From Octopus sinensis (Eukaryota): DNA of 64,000 nt. The notes below the pieces were generated by a model. The model saw nothing but the letters and a program-made list of their open reading frames with translations. It did not search any database and was not told the DNA's origin. Of the stretch, positions 26,729-37,996 are shown piece after piece (positions within the stretch are counted from its first letter, which is position 1; each line of letters starts with the position of its first letter). The stretch spans positions 12,772,001 through 12,836,000 of the forward strand of contig NC_043003.1 of the NCBI RefSeq assembly GCF_006345805.1. Direction: 5' to 3'. A program made the position numbers and the translations under genes.

Positions 26729-27313
26729 AGATCCTCCTAGCCATTTTGACCTACAGATTTAAAAAATAATTTTTTGTAACTAAACACTTTCAAACTTCAG
26801 ACACTGGTAGAGTGTGTCATATAAAACATCTTTTACTCTTAGCATTTTTGAGAAAAGCTTATATTTAAGGAGTTATTTCACATTAAAGTTCTCATATTTC
26901 GGTAATTTCAACCAATCAATGACATGTATTCAGCTGAATAGAATTACATCAGCAGTGTATATTTCGTTTGTCAGTGCTATTTATGACAACCCTAACCCTA
27001 AAACCTTAAAACCAGTACAAACACACACGAATGATGTTATAAATAAGTGACAAACGAAAAATACACCGCCGATAGTTGTTGTTGACCAACAACGGCAGTA
27101 ATTTTATTCAGCTGAATACACGTCGCTGATTGGTTGAAATTACTGAAATACAATAACTTTAACATGAAATAACTTCCAAAATATAAGCTTTTCTCAAAAA
27201 CGCTAAGAGTAAAAGATATTTTATATGACACATTCTACCATTGTCTGAAGTTTGAAAGTGTTTACTTACAAAAAATCATTTTTTTAAATCTGTCGGTCAA
27301 AAGGTAAAGATCC
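26729..27313. mobile_element. Fold-back MITE with ~200-bp inverted arms and CCCTAA-containing core
   Basis: 26744-26947 is the reverse complement of ~27098-27302; related half copies at ~20833-21143 and ~63125-63345. Confidence 0.75.
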
Positions 27314-27675
27314 GTTTCACAAAATCCTATTATAAAAGTATAACCAAATTTATTGCTCATGAATATTAACAAGATCTTATATGGGCCTTCAAGGGTCATG
27401 TGCACCCTGGCTGAGGACCACAGCTCTAAATAAATGGCAACATCATTTCTTTCCATTCTAATGATGCAAAGGACAAGGAAATTATTTTAAAAGAGGATAA
27501 AATTCATTAGGTGCAAGCATGGCTGTGTGGTTAAGAAGCATACTTCATGACAGTGTCGTTTCAGTTCAGTCCCAATGCATAGCACCTTGAGCGAGTAATT
27601 TGTACAATAGCCCTGGGCCAACAAATGCTTTGTGAGTAAATTTGATAGCTGGAAACTGTAGAAGCCTATTGTGTA

Positions 27676-28172
27676 CCGTAAACCCTCGAGTATAACCCGC
27701 ATTTTTTCCCCTAAATTTAAAGGTCAAAATCCCTAGTGCGTACTATATACGAGGTTAAAAATGAAAATGTCTGAGTCTCTATTTGCTGTCCAGCAATGTT
27801 TACTCAGACCCATTTTGTGATGTAGGGCGCAAAAATACCTTAAGCTAAGCCTGAAAGCAATGAAGTCATAAAAGAATCATCCATAACTTGCAATAAGCAA
27901 CATTTATTAAACATTATTACTGCTATTTCTTTATTTTCTGCAAACAAAATGCACAAAAAAGCTGCACGTTTGCATTATGTTATATATACAATAATAATAA
28001 AGGACGTTACCGTATACATTTTTACAAATCAAGGACGTTATATAGACCTCCTTGGCTCAAGTTAGAGAAGGGGTGCGTATCATACACAAGGTTTAGGTTT
28101 TTCAGAGGTACAGCCCCCTAAAAATCTTCTGCGTATTATACTCAAGGGCCGACTATACTCGAGGATTTACGG
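27676..28172. mobile_element. Same MITE, copy 2, nested in a SINE
   Basis: ta|ccgtaaaccctcgagtata ... tatactcgaggatttacgg|ta; interrupts the SINE at ~27513-28350. Confidence 0.85.
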
Positions 28173-28638
28173 TATGTGTGTGTGTGTGTTTATACATATG
28201 TATGTGTATATATGTGTTTATCCTACTCCCCCACTTGACAACCGGTGTTGTTTTGTTTATGTCCCTGTAACTTAGCAGTTCAGCAACAGAGACTGATAAA
28301 ATAAGTACCAGACTAAATCTCTGAAGGCAGTGTCCTGGCTCAGCTGCAGTTTGGTATAAAAGACATTCAAATGCAACTATTCCTGTACACAGGCATAGCT
28401 AGGGGGTGCGGTAGGGGTGGTCTGTCCTGGGTGGCTCTTTTAAAGGGGCAGCACTTTTGGGTCTGCTGTAGGCTATATGTGTTTTTTTGTGGGGGCTGAG
28501 ACAGCAAATGGAAGGGCCACCCTGAGCAGCACACATCCTAGTTACGCTAGTGTTCCTGTATCATATTTAATCTTTTTGTTGTTAATTAGGACACTAGTGC
28601 CTAAAACGACATAGTTTCCTGGTTGATAACATTTTTAC

Positions 28639-29062
28639 ACAGTTCTATATTTAAGAGATGAGGAATTATGTACATTATTTACATTCGACGGATATTTGTC
28701 CTCATCTTGTTTGTTGTTAACACAACGTTTCAGCTGTTAGACCCTCCAGCCTTCTTCAGGTGTCTTGGGGAAATTTCGAACCTGGGTTCTCATTCCTAAG
28801 GTATTCTTCAATGTTATTATTGTTCAGGTCACTGCTTGGAATCGAACTTAGAATCTTGGGGTTAGTAGCCCGCGCTCTTAACAACTACGCCATATGCCTG
28901 TGGGCATATAATAATAATAATAATAACATTGAAGAATACCTTAGGAATGAGAAATTTCCCCAAGCCATCTGATGAAAGCTGGAGGGTATATCAGCCGAAA
29001 CATTGTGTTAACAACAAACAAGATGGGGACAAATATCCATCGAATGTAAATAATGTAAACAT
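28639..29062. mobile_element. Penelope terminal-repeat pair in inverted orientation
   Basis: 28652-28905 matches 61081-61328 (element on minus strand); 28910-29062 is an inverted partial copy. A further copy at ~53975-54133. Confidence 0.8.
28719..28764 (-). ncRNA. Minimal hammerhead ribozyme motif (Penelope type)
   Basis: Minus strand: gACAC CTGAAGA a ggctg-gagggtctaa-cagct GAAA C GTT GTGT; stem I ACAC/GTGT, stem II, stem III reduced to a palindrome. Related copies at 28964-29009(+), 54052-54097(-), 61144-61189(-). Confidence 0.7.
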
Positions 29063-29855
29063 TTTTACATGTAAACCGCATTCTCTTTTCCATTTCCATG
29101 TTAACATACCATCCAAAGATTTCTTTGGAAATGTAAATTATATTTTTCTTTCCTTTCTTTTCACCTACATCTAATAAAAATTAAAAAGTTGTGATCTTAC
29201 TGTTTTATCATCATCATTTAATGTCCATTGTCCATGCTGGCATGGGTTCAACAGTTTGACCAGGGCTGGTAAGCTGGAAGGCTGCACCAGACTCCAGCCT
29301 AATTTCCATGGTTTTCTATGGCTGGATACCCTTCCTAACACCAACCAATCTGAAATTGTAATGGGTGCCATTTGTGTGACACTGGTATCTGTCACGACTG
29401 TGATTTTGCTCGGCTTGATGGGTCTTCTTCTCAAGCACGACATAATGCCAAAGGTCTCAGTCATTGCCCCCGTGAGGCCCAAAGCTCGAAAGGAACTCAG
29501 CCACTTTGCCAAATATTGTTGCTAGATAATATTTTTATCATAACTTTTGTCTGTTTTAGCATTCTGGGAAGAAAGGGGAAAAAGTGCCCAAAACACAAAA
29601 TGGAGAACAACCAAGTCAAGAACTTCTATTGAGATCTGAGTCTCAGAAGCTCTAAGGAGCAGAGACTATTGTAGAAGGAGAAAGAACAAAGTGGGGAGAC
29701 TCTACCATTGCTTACAGTTTTGAGCTGCACAATATCAAGAATTTAAGTTACAGCTAAAAAGACCAATTTATTTGAAGTTACAAACACTAGTAAATGGATT
29801 ATGAAACAAATATTTCTATTCATAGACTGACAACATCTGTTTCAGCCAACAAATT

Positions 29856-30457
29856 TGACGTTCAAGAATTTGGACCTGGAGATCTCCATTTCCAGCGACT
29901 TCGAGGGCCACCTCCCATTGGTGTCAGGCGTCAATGAAGAGCCTTCGACTACAACTCTTTTTCTCTTTTACTTGTTTCAGTCATTTGACTGCGGCCATGC
30001 TGGAGCACCGCCTTTAGTCGAGCAAATTGATCCCGGGACTTATTCTTTGTAAGCCCAGTACTTATTCTATCAGTCTCTTTTGCCAAACCGCTAAGTGACG
30101 GGGACGTAAACACACCAGCATCGGTTGTCAAGCAATGCTAGGGGGACAAACACAGACACACAAACACTATATATATACATATATACGACAGGCTTCTTTC
30201 AGTTTCTGTCTACCAAATCCACTCACAAGGCATTGGTCAGCCCGGGGCTATAGCAGAAGACACTTGCCCAAGATGCCACGCAGTGGGACTGAACCCGGAA
30301 CCATGTGGTTGGTAGCAAGCTACTTACCACACAGCCACTCCTGCGCCTACAAGATGACCAAAGTTTTTTTTTTCCAAGGTCTGGGGTCTCCCGCCCCTAA
30401 GCCCTAGACCATCACCTAATCACCCTTACCCGTCTTGTTGCTTAACAACAACAACAA
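29856..30457 (+). mobile_element. Same SINE-like element, interrupted by a minus-strand tRNA-SINE (29955-30347)
   Basis: 13-bp TSD cagccaacaaatt (29843-29855, 30458-30470); nested SINE flanked by (c)tacaa duplication. Confidence 0.75.
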
Positions 30458-31144
30458 CAGCCAACAAATTGAAGTTAGTCATATGACTTGTAAAAAATGG
30501 GAAAATTAGTACGTTCTATATGTTCTTTGTAATAAATTACTAATATGCTCATCTAAATGCAACAATATTTTCCTATTTATTACAGCAAATAATTTCAGAT
30601 CAAAGATGTTGCCAACACATATGCACATTAAAGTCCCTATAGGTAAAATATTAGAGTATTTCCAATGTAGCATTCAACCCGAGACCATGGCTATGTATAT
30701 CATCATCATCATCATAATAGTAATCCTTTCTACTATAGGCACAAGGCCTGAAATTTTGGAGGAGGGGGCTAGTCGATTATATCGACCCCAGTGTTTCACT
30801 GGTACTTAATTTATTGACCCCGAAAGGATGAAAGACAAAGCCAACCTTGGTGAAGTTTGAACTCAGAATGTAGTGGCAGACAAAATACCACTAAGCATTT
30901 TGCCCAGTGTGGTAATGATTCTGCCAGCTCGCCATCTTAATTATAATAATAATAATAATCATAATAATAATAATAATACTAATAATGATAGAAAAATATC
31001 AGGATCTAGCCAGCAGGGACTATGGAAGAATAAGACAATATTCCTGTGGTAATTATTACACTTGGTACAAACAGCCAGTTACCAAAGGAATAATTGTTGT
31101 CTTAGTTTTTCACAGTCTCTTCAGTGGATTTTTGTAGAAGGAAA

Positions 31145-31870
31145 CCCTAGCAGTTGAGGGAACCCGTGGAAGAGGTAGACCCAGGAAAACCTGGGACAAA
31201 GTGGTGAAGCACGACCTTCGGACGTTAGGTCTCACCATGGAAATGACTAGAGACCGAGACCTATGGAAGTATGCTGTGCGTGAGAAGACCCGGCAAGACT
31301 AGTGAAGCCATAATCCGTGGCCCCTACCTGGGACGTAGTCAGTCCACCTGTGCATACCTTCCTTCTTGTGACACTTGTGAAGACCTGTTGAGGCAAGTGA
31401 GAATCGAATCGAATCAAATCAAATCAAATCGAACCAAATCAAAATAGATGAACATCAATGGAATTTGTATCCTTGTGGTACCAGTGCCGGTGGCACATAA
31501 GAAAACCATCCGAACGTGATCGTAGCCAGTACCGCAACGACTGGCCTCTGTGCTGAGGGCACGTAACAAACACCATCCGAGCGTGGCCGTGCGCCAGCCC
31601 CGTCTGGCACCTGTGTCGGTGGCACATAAAAAACACCATCCGAGCGTGGCTGTCTGCCAGCCTCGTCTGGCACCTGTGTCGGTGGCACATAAAATCACCC
31701 ACTACACTCTCGGAGTGGTTGGCGTTAGGAAGGGCATCCAGCTGTAGAAACACTGCCAGATCTGACTGGCCTGGTGCAGCCTTCGGGCTTGCCAGACCCC
31801 AGTTGAACCGTCCAACCCATGCTAGCATGGAAAGCAGACGTTAAACGATGATGATGATGATGATGATGAT
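31145..31870 (+). mobile_element. 5'-truncated RTE-clade LINE: ORF C-terminus, 3' UTR minisatellite, (GAT)n tail
   Basis: EGTRGRGRPRKTWDKVVKHDLRTLGLTMEMTRDRDLWKYAVREKTRQD* is the RTE C-terminal motif; 3' end ...ggaagggcatccagctgtagaaa...gttaaacgatgatgat recurs many times in the window. Confidence 0.8.
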
Positions 31871-31893
31871 GAAACTGAAAGAAGCCCATCATG

Positions 31894-31928
<35 letters not shown>

Positions 31929-32673
31929 TAGCTGATGTACCTGCTAATTCCCAGGAAAGTGGGGGCTATCCCTTGGTTCTGTTTTCATAATTGTTTCACT
32001 AATCCAATAACAACAATACAAAGTATGTAGCCCTTAAAACAGTTTTTGTGCATCTACAGAGAATACCGAAGTGTCTTACACAGGATCTTGTTTTTAGGAA
32101 TTCCGAATAAGTTATGAATACCCAAATTGTGAAGTCAGTTATGTAATAACATGAAATTAGTTACTCGATAGAAAGGTTTCCAGACATGAGTTCTACTCAT
32201 GTGTCAAGTTTCATCAAAATCGATAGGATGATGTAGGAGGAGTTAGCTAACAACTCCACAAACACACCCAGACAGAATTTCCCACATATGCAGTAGATAT
32301 ACAGGCACAGGCAGGGCCATGTGGTAAGTAGCTTTCTTACCAGCCACATGGTTCTGGGTTTAGTCTCACTGCATGGCACCTTGGGCAAGTGTCTTCTACT
32401 GTAGCCTAGGGCCAACCAAAGCCTTGTGAGTGGATTTGGTAAGATGGAAACTGAAAGAAGCCCATCATATATGTGTGTGTGTGTCTGTGTTTGTCCCTAC
32501 ACCATTGCTTGACAACTGATGTTTGTGTGTTTACGTCCCTGTAACCTAGTGGTTCGGCAAAAGAGACCAATAGGTTAAGTACTAGGCTTACAAAGAACAA
32601 GTCCTGGGGTCGATTTGTTTGACTAAAGGCGGTGCTCCAGCATGATGCAGTCAAATTATTGAAACAAATAAAA

Positions 32674-32721
<48 letters not shown>

Positions 32722-32723
<2 letters not shown>

Positions 32724-33600
32724 CATCATCATCATGATTATCATCGTTTAACGTCCGTTTTCCGCGCTAGCACGGGTTGGACGGTTCGACCGGGGTCTGG
32801 GGAGCCAGGGGCTGCCCCAGGCTCCAGTCTGATCTGGCAGTGTTTCTACAGCTGGATGCCCTTCCTAACACCAACCACTCCGCGAGTGTAGTGGGTGCTT
32901 TTTATGTGCCACCTGCACAGGTGCCAGAGGGGTCTGGCATCGGCCACGATCGGTTGGTGCCTTTTTATGTACCACCGGCACAGAAGCCAGTCAAGGTGGC
33001 ACTGGCATCGGCCACGTTTGGATGGTGCTTTTTATGTGCCACCGGCACAGAAGCCAGTCGGGGCGGTGCTGGCATCGGCCACATTCGGATGGTGCTTTAT
33101 ATGTGCCACCGGCACAGAAGCCAGCAGAGGCTGTACTGGCAACGGTCACGTTCGGATGGTGCTTTTTATGTGTCACCGGCACAGAAGCCAGTGGAGGCTG
33201 CACTGGCAATGGTCACGTTCGGATGGTGCTTTTTATGTGTCCCCGGCACAGGTATCACAGCTACTGTTTCCATTGATATTTGGTTCGATGTTCACGTGCC
33301 ACCGGCACAGAAGCCATTCGAGGCGGGGTTGGCATCGGTCACGTTCAGATGGTGCTTTTTATGTGCCACCGGCACAGAAGCCAGTGGAGGCTGCACTGGC
33401 AACGGTCACGTTCGGATGGTGCTTTTTATGTGCCACCGGCACAGAAGCCAGTGGAGGCTGCACTGGCAACGGTCACGTTCGGATGGTGCTTTTTATGTGT
33501 CCCCGGCACAGGTATCACAGCTACTGTTTCCATTGATATTTGGTTCGATGTTCATGTACATGCACTTGACTCAACAGGTCTCCTCAAGCACAGCGAGATG
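32722..33600 (-). mobile_element. RTE LINE 3' UTR copy with expanded ~60-66-bp tandem array
   Basis: (CAT)n start, ggatgcccttcctaac motif, ~9 tandem units of ggatggtgctttttatgtgccaccggcacagaagccagt. Confidence 0.75.
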
Positions 33601-36454
33601 TTCCAGAATCCCACATATATATAAATAAGAAAATGGAGAAACAAATTCATTTCGATCATCAACTTACGGATAGCATTTATGTAATTAGTATTTGGGTACT
33701 TTACCAGCAGTATATTGGATAACTGATATCCCATAGTGGGTTACTTTCATAACCCCTATCTTACTTTGTACTATATATATATATATATATATACTAGCAG
33801 TATCGCCCAGCGTTGCTCGGGTTTGTAAGGGAAATAACTATATAAGCATTTTTAGAGAGTTACTTCCCTTATATAACCCGAGCAAAAATTATTAAAAATG
33901 CCGAAAAATGATGGTAAATTTTTTTAAATCGTAGACTCATCGTAGACGCACGCTAATAACCAGAAGGGCTCGATATGAATCATGACTATAAGATACCCGC
34001 TTTTGGTTAAACTGCACCGCAAAATGTGGGAGTAGTTAGGAATCTAAATCGGAGTAGACAGACACACACACAACATTAGTTTTATATATATAAATGTTCA
34101 ATTTCTAAGGAAAGATACTGAGGAACAGTTACAGGGTAGCCAAATGTGACATAAACATCTAAGAAATTAGTAATGACACTTGCATTGGGGATAATTCTAA
34201 GGAGAAACATATGTCGGTGATATGGCGATAGAAATGATTTAAATAACATCTTGTGCATTTGTCTCCATTTTCCCTTATCCTTAAGTATATAGATCATGGC
34301 ACTCTGTCGGTTACGATGATGAGGTTTCCAGTTGATACAATCAATGGAACAGCCTGCTTGGGAAATTAACATGCAAGTGGCTGAGCACTCCACAGACACG
34401 TGTACCCTTAATGTACTTCTCAGAGAGATTCAGTGTGACAAGGCTAGCCCTTTATAATACAGGTACAACAGAAACAGGAAAAAAGAGTGAGAGAAAGTTG
34501 TGGTGAAAGAGTACACCACCTCCTGCCGGAGCCTCATGGAGCTTTAGGTGTTTCCGCTCAACACAACATCCAGTCTGGGAATTGAAACCGCAATCCTACG
34601 ACCGTGAGTCCTCTGCCCTAACCACTGGGCCATTGCACCTCCACTTGCGCAGGAGTGGCTGTGTGGTAAGTAGCTTGTTTACCAACCACATGGTTCCGGG
34701 TTCAGTCCCACTGCATGGCACCTTGGGCAAGTGTCTTTTACTATAGCCTCGGGCTGACCACAGCCTTGTGAATAGATTTGGTAGACAGAAACTGAAAGAA
34801 GCCCGTCGTATATGTATATATATGTATATGTTTGTGTGTCTGTGTTTGTCCCCCGACATTACCTGACAACCGATGTTGGTGTGTTTATGTCCCTGTAAAC
34901 TAGCAGTTCGATAAAAGGGACCGATAGAATAAGTACTAGGCTTACAAAAAATATGTCCTGGGGTTGATTTCCTCGACTAAAAGGCGGTGCTCCAGCATGG
35001 CCGCAGTCAAATGACTGAAACAGGTAAAAGGGTAAAAGAGTATAATCAAAGAAAGTCATAATTGTCAATAAATTATTAATTACAAAATTCTTTCACTTTC
35101 ATTCATTTTGTCTTTTTGTCTAAATATTTATGAAAATGAAAGCTCACTGATCACTTATTTCATTCATCTCTTCTACCACAGGAGTTAATTCACTGTTTCT
35201 AATACACTCAAGACTATAAAACAGACAGGATATTTCCCTTATCTATTTGTATATGAAAAATACTGTTTGATAATAGCATCTTGGTTTAGAGAGAAATGTT
35301 CTTTTGTGAAGGAGACATTTTCCCAATCAAATTCGATGACTGGCATCCATGCTAGTGGGGTGCAAAGAGCACCATATGATTGTGATCATTGATAGAGCGG
35401 CTAACCGGCTTCCATGCCAGTGGCTCATAAAAGGCACCATTCGAGTGTGATCGTTACCAGCGTCGCCTTACTGGCACTTGTTCCCGTGCTAGTAGGGTGC
35501 CAAGAGCACCATCCAAGCGTGATCGTTGCCAGAGCGGCTAACTGGCTTCCATGCTGGTGGCATGTAAAAGGTCACCATTCAAGGGTGATCGTTACCAGCT
35601 TCGCCTTACTGGCATCTGTGCTGGTGGCACGTGTAAAAGATTTGAGCGAGGCCGTTGCCAGTACCGCCTGAGTGGTCCCTGTGCTGGTGGCACGTAAAAA
35701 GCACCCACTGCACTCTTGGAGTGGTTGGCATTAGGAAGGGCATCCAGCTGTAGAAACTCTGCCAGATCAAGATTGGAGCCTGTTGCAGCTGTCCGGTTCG
35801 CCAGTCCTGAGTCAAACTGTCCAACTCATGCTAGCATGGAAAGCGGACATTAAATGATGATGATGATGTTTGATATTAGCATCTTGGTTTAGAGAGAAAT
35901 GTTCTCTTGTGAAGGAGAGAGACATTTTCCCAAACTATTGAAAATTAAAGTTCCAACTGAATTATAAAAAGAAAAGAGAGAAAAAAAGCCATCCTACAAT
36001 TAGATTTAGGTGCAGGCATGGCTGTGTGATAAGAAAGTTGCTTCCCAACCACATGGTTTTGGGTTCAGTTCCACTGCAGGGCACCTTCGGCAGTTGTCTT
36101 CTATTATTGCCCTGGATTGCTTTATGAATGGATTTGGTTGGCAGTAACTGAAAGAAGCTCATTATGTATGTGTGTCTGTTCCATTATTGGTGTTGGTTTG
36201 TTTGCATCCCTGTAACCTAGAAGTTCAGCAAAAAAAAACAACAAAAAAATTGATAATATAACCAGACAAAAAAACTACTTGTTTGATTTGTTTGACCAAA
36301 GTGGTGCTCCAATATGACCTCAGTCCAATGACTGATAAAAATAAAAATTAATTATAAATATTTCAAATAGAAAGGAAAGATTTATTATCTTGGGTATTGA
36401 AAGAAAAATATAATAAAAAAAAAAACAAAATCAGGTATTTGGTGGAGTTTTTCA

Positions 36455-37242
36455 AAAGCTGTCTTTCAAGGTCCTACACCACATGAGAAAGGGGAAAAAA
36501 TAGTTTTTTTGCCTTTATTCCTGTATTTCATAGAAAGGAAATTATAATTCTCAAAGATTTCTTTTTATGAAAAATTCCCTTTTTTTTAAAATAGCCTATA
36601 TTCTTATCCCTCATGTTCCTTACCCTTTTCCATTCCCATGAGGTTTGGGACTTTGCAAGACAATCATTAAAAAAAAAAGAAAAGAAAAATTCTGCTAGAA
36701 ATTCTAAGATGTTTTTCCCCAAGATTTTCAGAATTCCTATGAGGCATGGGACTTCAAAAGATAGTCATTTGAAAAAAACTCTGAAGAAATCCAAAGATGT
36801 TTTTCCCCAAGAATTCCCATGAATTCCCCACCTCCTCCTCCTCAAAAAAAACCCAAACCAAAAAAATAACAGAAGAAATTCTGAGATGGTTTTCCCCCCC
36901 CCGATAGATTTCTGACAGAAATTCCAATATGTTTTCCTCAAAACTCACCCATGTGGTATGAGATTTCGAAAGATAGTCATTGCCCGCCCACAAGACACAA
37001 AATAAAAAAAAAAAAAAAAAAAGAAACAGAAAAGAAGAGAAAAATTCCAAAAGAAATCCGAATAGTATTTTTGCCATTAATAATTGAAAAAAAAATCAAA
37101 AAAAAAAAGAATCCCATCTCCAAGCGAATCTACCGAGTTACCTTCCCTTAGCTGTCATTCTTCTGGTCGCCAGCTTCGATGGCGGAGTCGAATTAGTAAT
37201 TCCACTAAATTACGATTTTAGTGTGTTTCGTCGTTAAAAATT
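36455..37242 (+). promoter_or_regulatory. Putative MED25 promoter / 5' UTR with repeated ~30-bp motifs
   Basis: Directly upstream of ATG 37243; four copies of CCCATG(A/T)GGTNTGGGAYTTYGAAAGAYA; YY1-like GATGGCGG near 37180 and AAATGGCGGC at 37401. Confidence 0.45.
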
Positions 37243-37373
37243 ATGATCGCCGCTGATACACAACAAATGTTATTCCCTACAGTTTCCGACGTTGTGTTTG
37301 TCATAGAATCCACAGCAAATCTCGCCGCTCACAAAGACATCTTAAAGACATCGTACATCCAACCAACACTCGA
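37243..37373 (+). CDS. MED25: MED25 coding exon 1 (VWA domain start)
   Basis: MIAADTQQMLFPTVSDVVFVIESTANLAAHKDILKTSYIQPTL-E; DVVFVIExTANL is the MED25 VWA N-terminal motif; donor GA|gtaagt, phase 2. Confidence 0.92.
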
Positions 37374-37549
37374 GTAAGTAAATTGCGTTCTTGGTATTTA
37401 AAATGGCGGCCCTGTTCCTGTTTTGATGTTTTTTCCGACTTCTTTTGTTCGTTTATCCGGCATATGTCCATTTATCCGGCATATGCTCCTTACATATTGA
37501 TATCAATAAGTTCACACGATACATTTTTTTTGCAAGATCAACTTCTAAC

Positions 37550-37996
37550 GTAGTCGTTGTGGGGGATCGGATCGACTAGTCACGACTAGCTAGCGCGAGT
37601 AAGCGAGTGCGCGCACCGGGACCACTCTTTTTAAGTAGTACCCGACTTTTTAACCCTAAACCTAATTTTTTAACCCTAGGTACTACTGGGGTACTACTAG
37701 CGAACAGTGGTCCCGGTGCGCGCATCCGCGTTAGCTAGTCGTAAGTAGTCGATCCTACAACGACTTGCAGGTATGTTTGTATTTCAAGGCTGAATAACGT
37801 ATCAAAGGAAATTAAATAATATTTTTGGAACAAAGTAAATAATTTTTAAAACTAAGTATATAAATTATTATTTTTTTATAAACAAACTATGGTTAGGGTT
37901 AAAAAGTCGGGTACTACTTAAGAAGAGCGGTCCCGGTGCGCGCACTCGCGTACTCGCGCTAGCTAGTCGTGACTAGTCGATCCCCACAACTACTAC
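37550..37996. mobile_element. CpG-rich fold-back element with three arm copies in MED25 intron 1
   Basis: 37550-37659 is the reverse complement of 37893-37996; a third, diverged inverted arm at ~37690-37765; taacccta motifs at the inner ends of the arms. Confidence 0.7.

Noticed and set aside
26989-27013. Interstitial telomere (CCCTAA)
   Set aside because: Only 2-3 degenerate units, and they are internal to a fold-back MITE.
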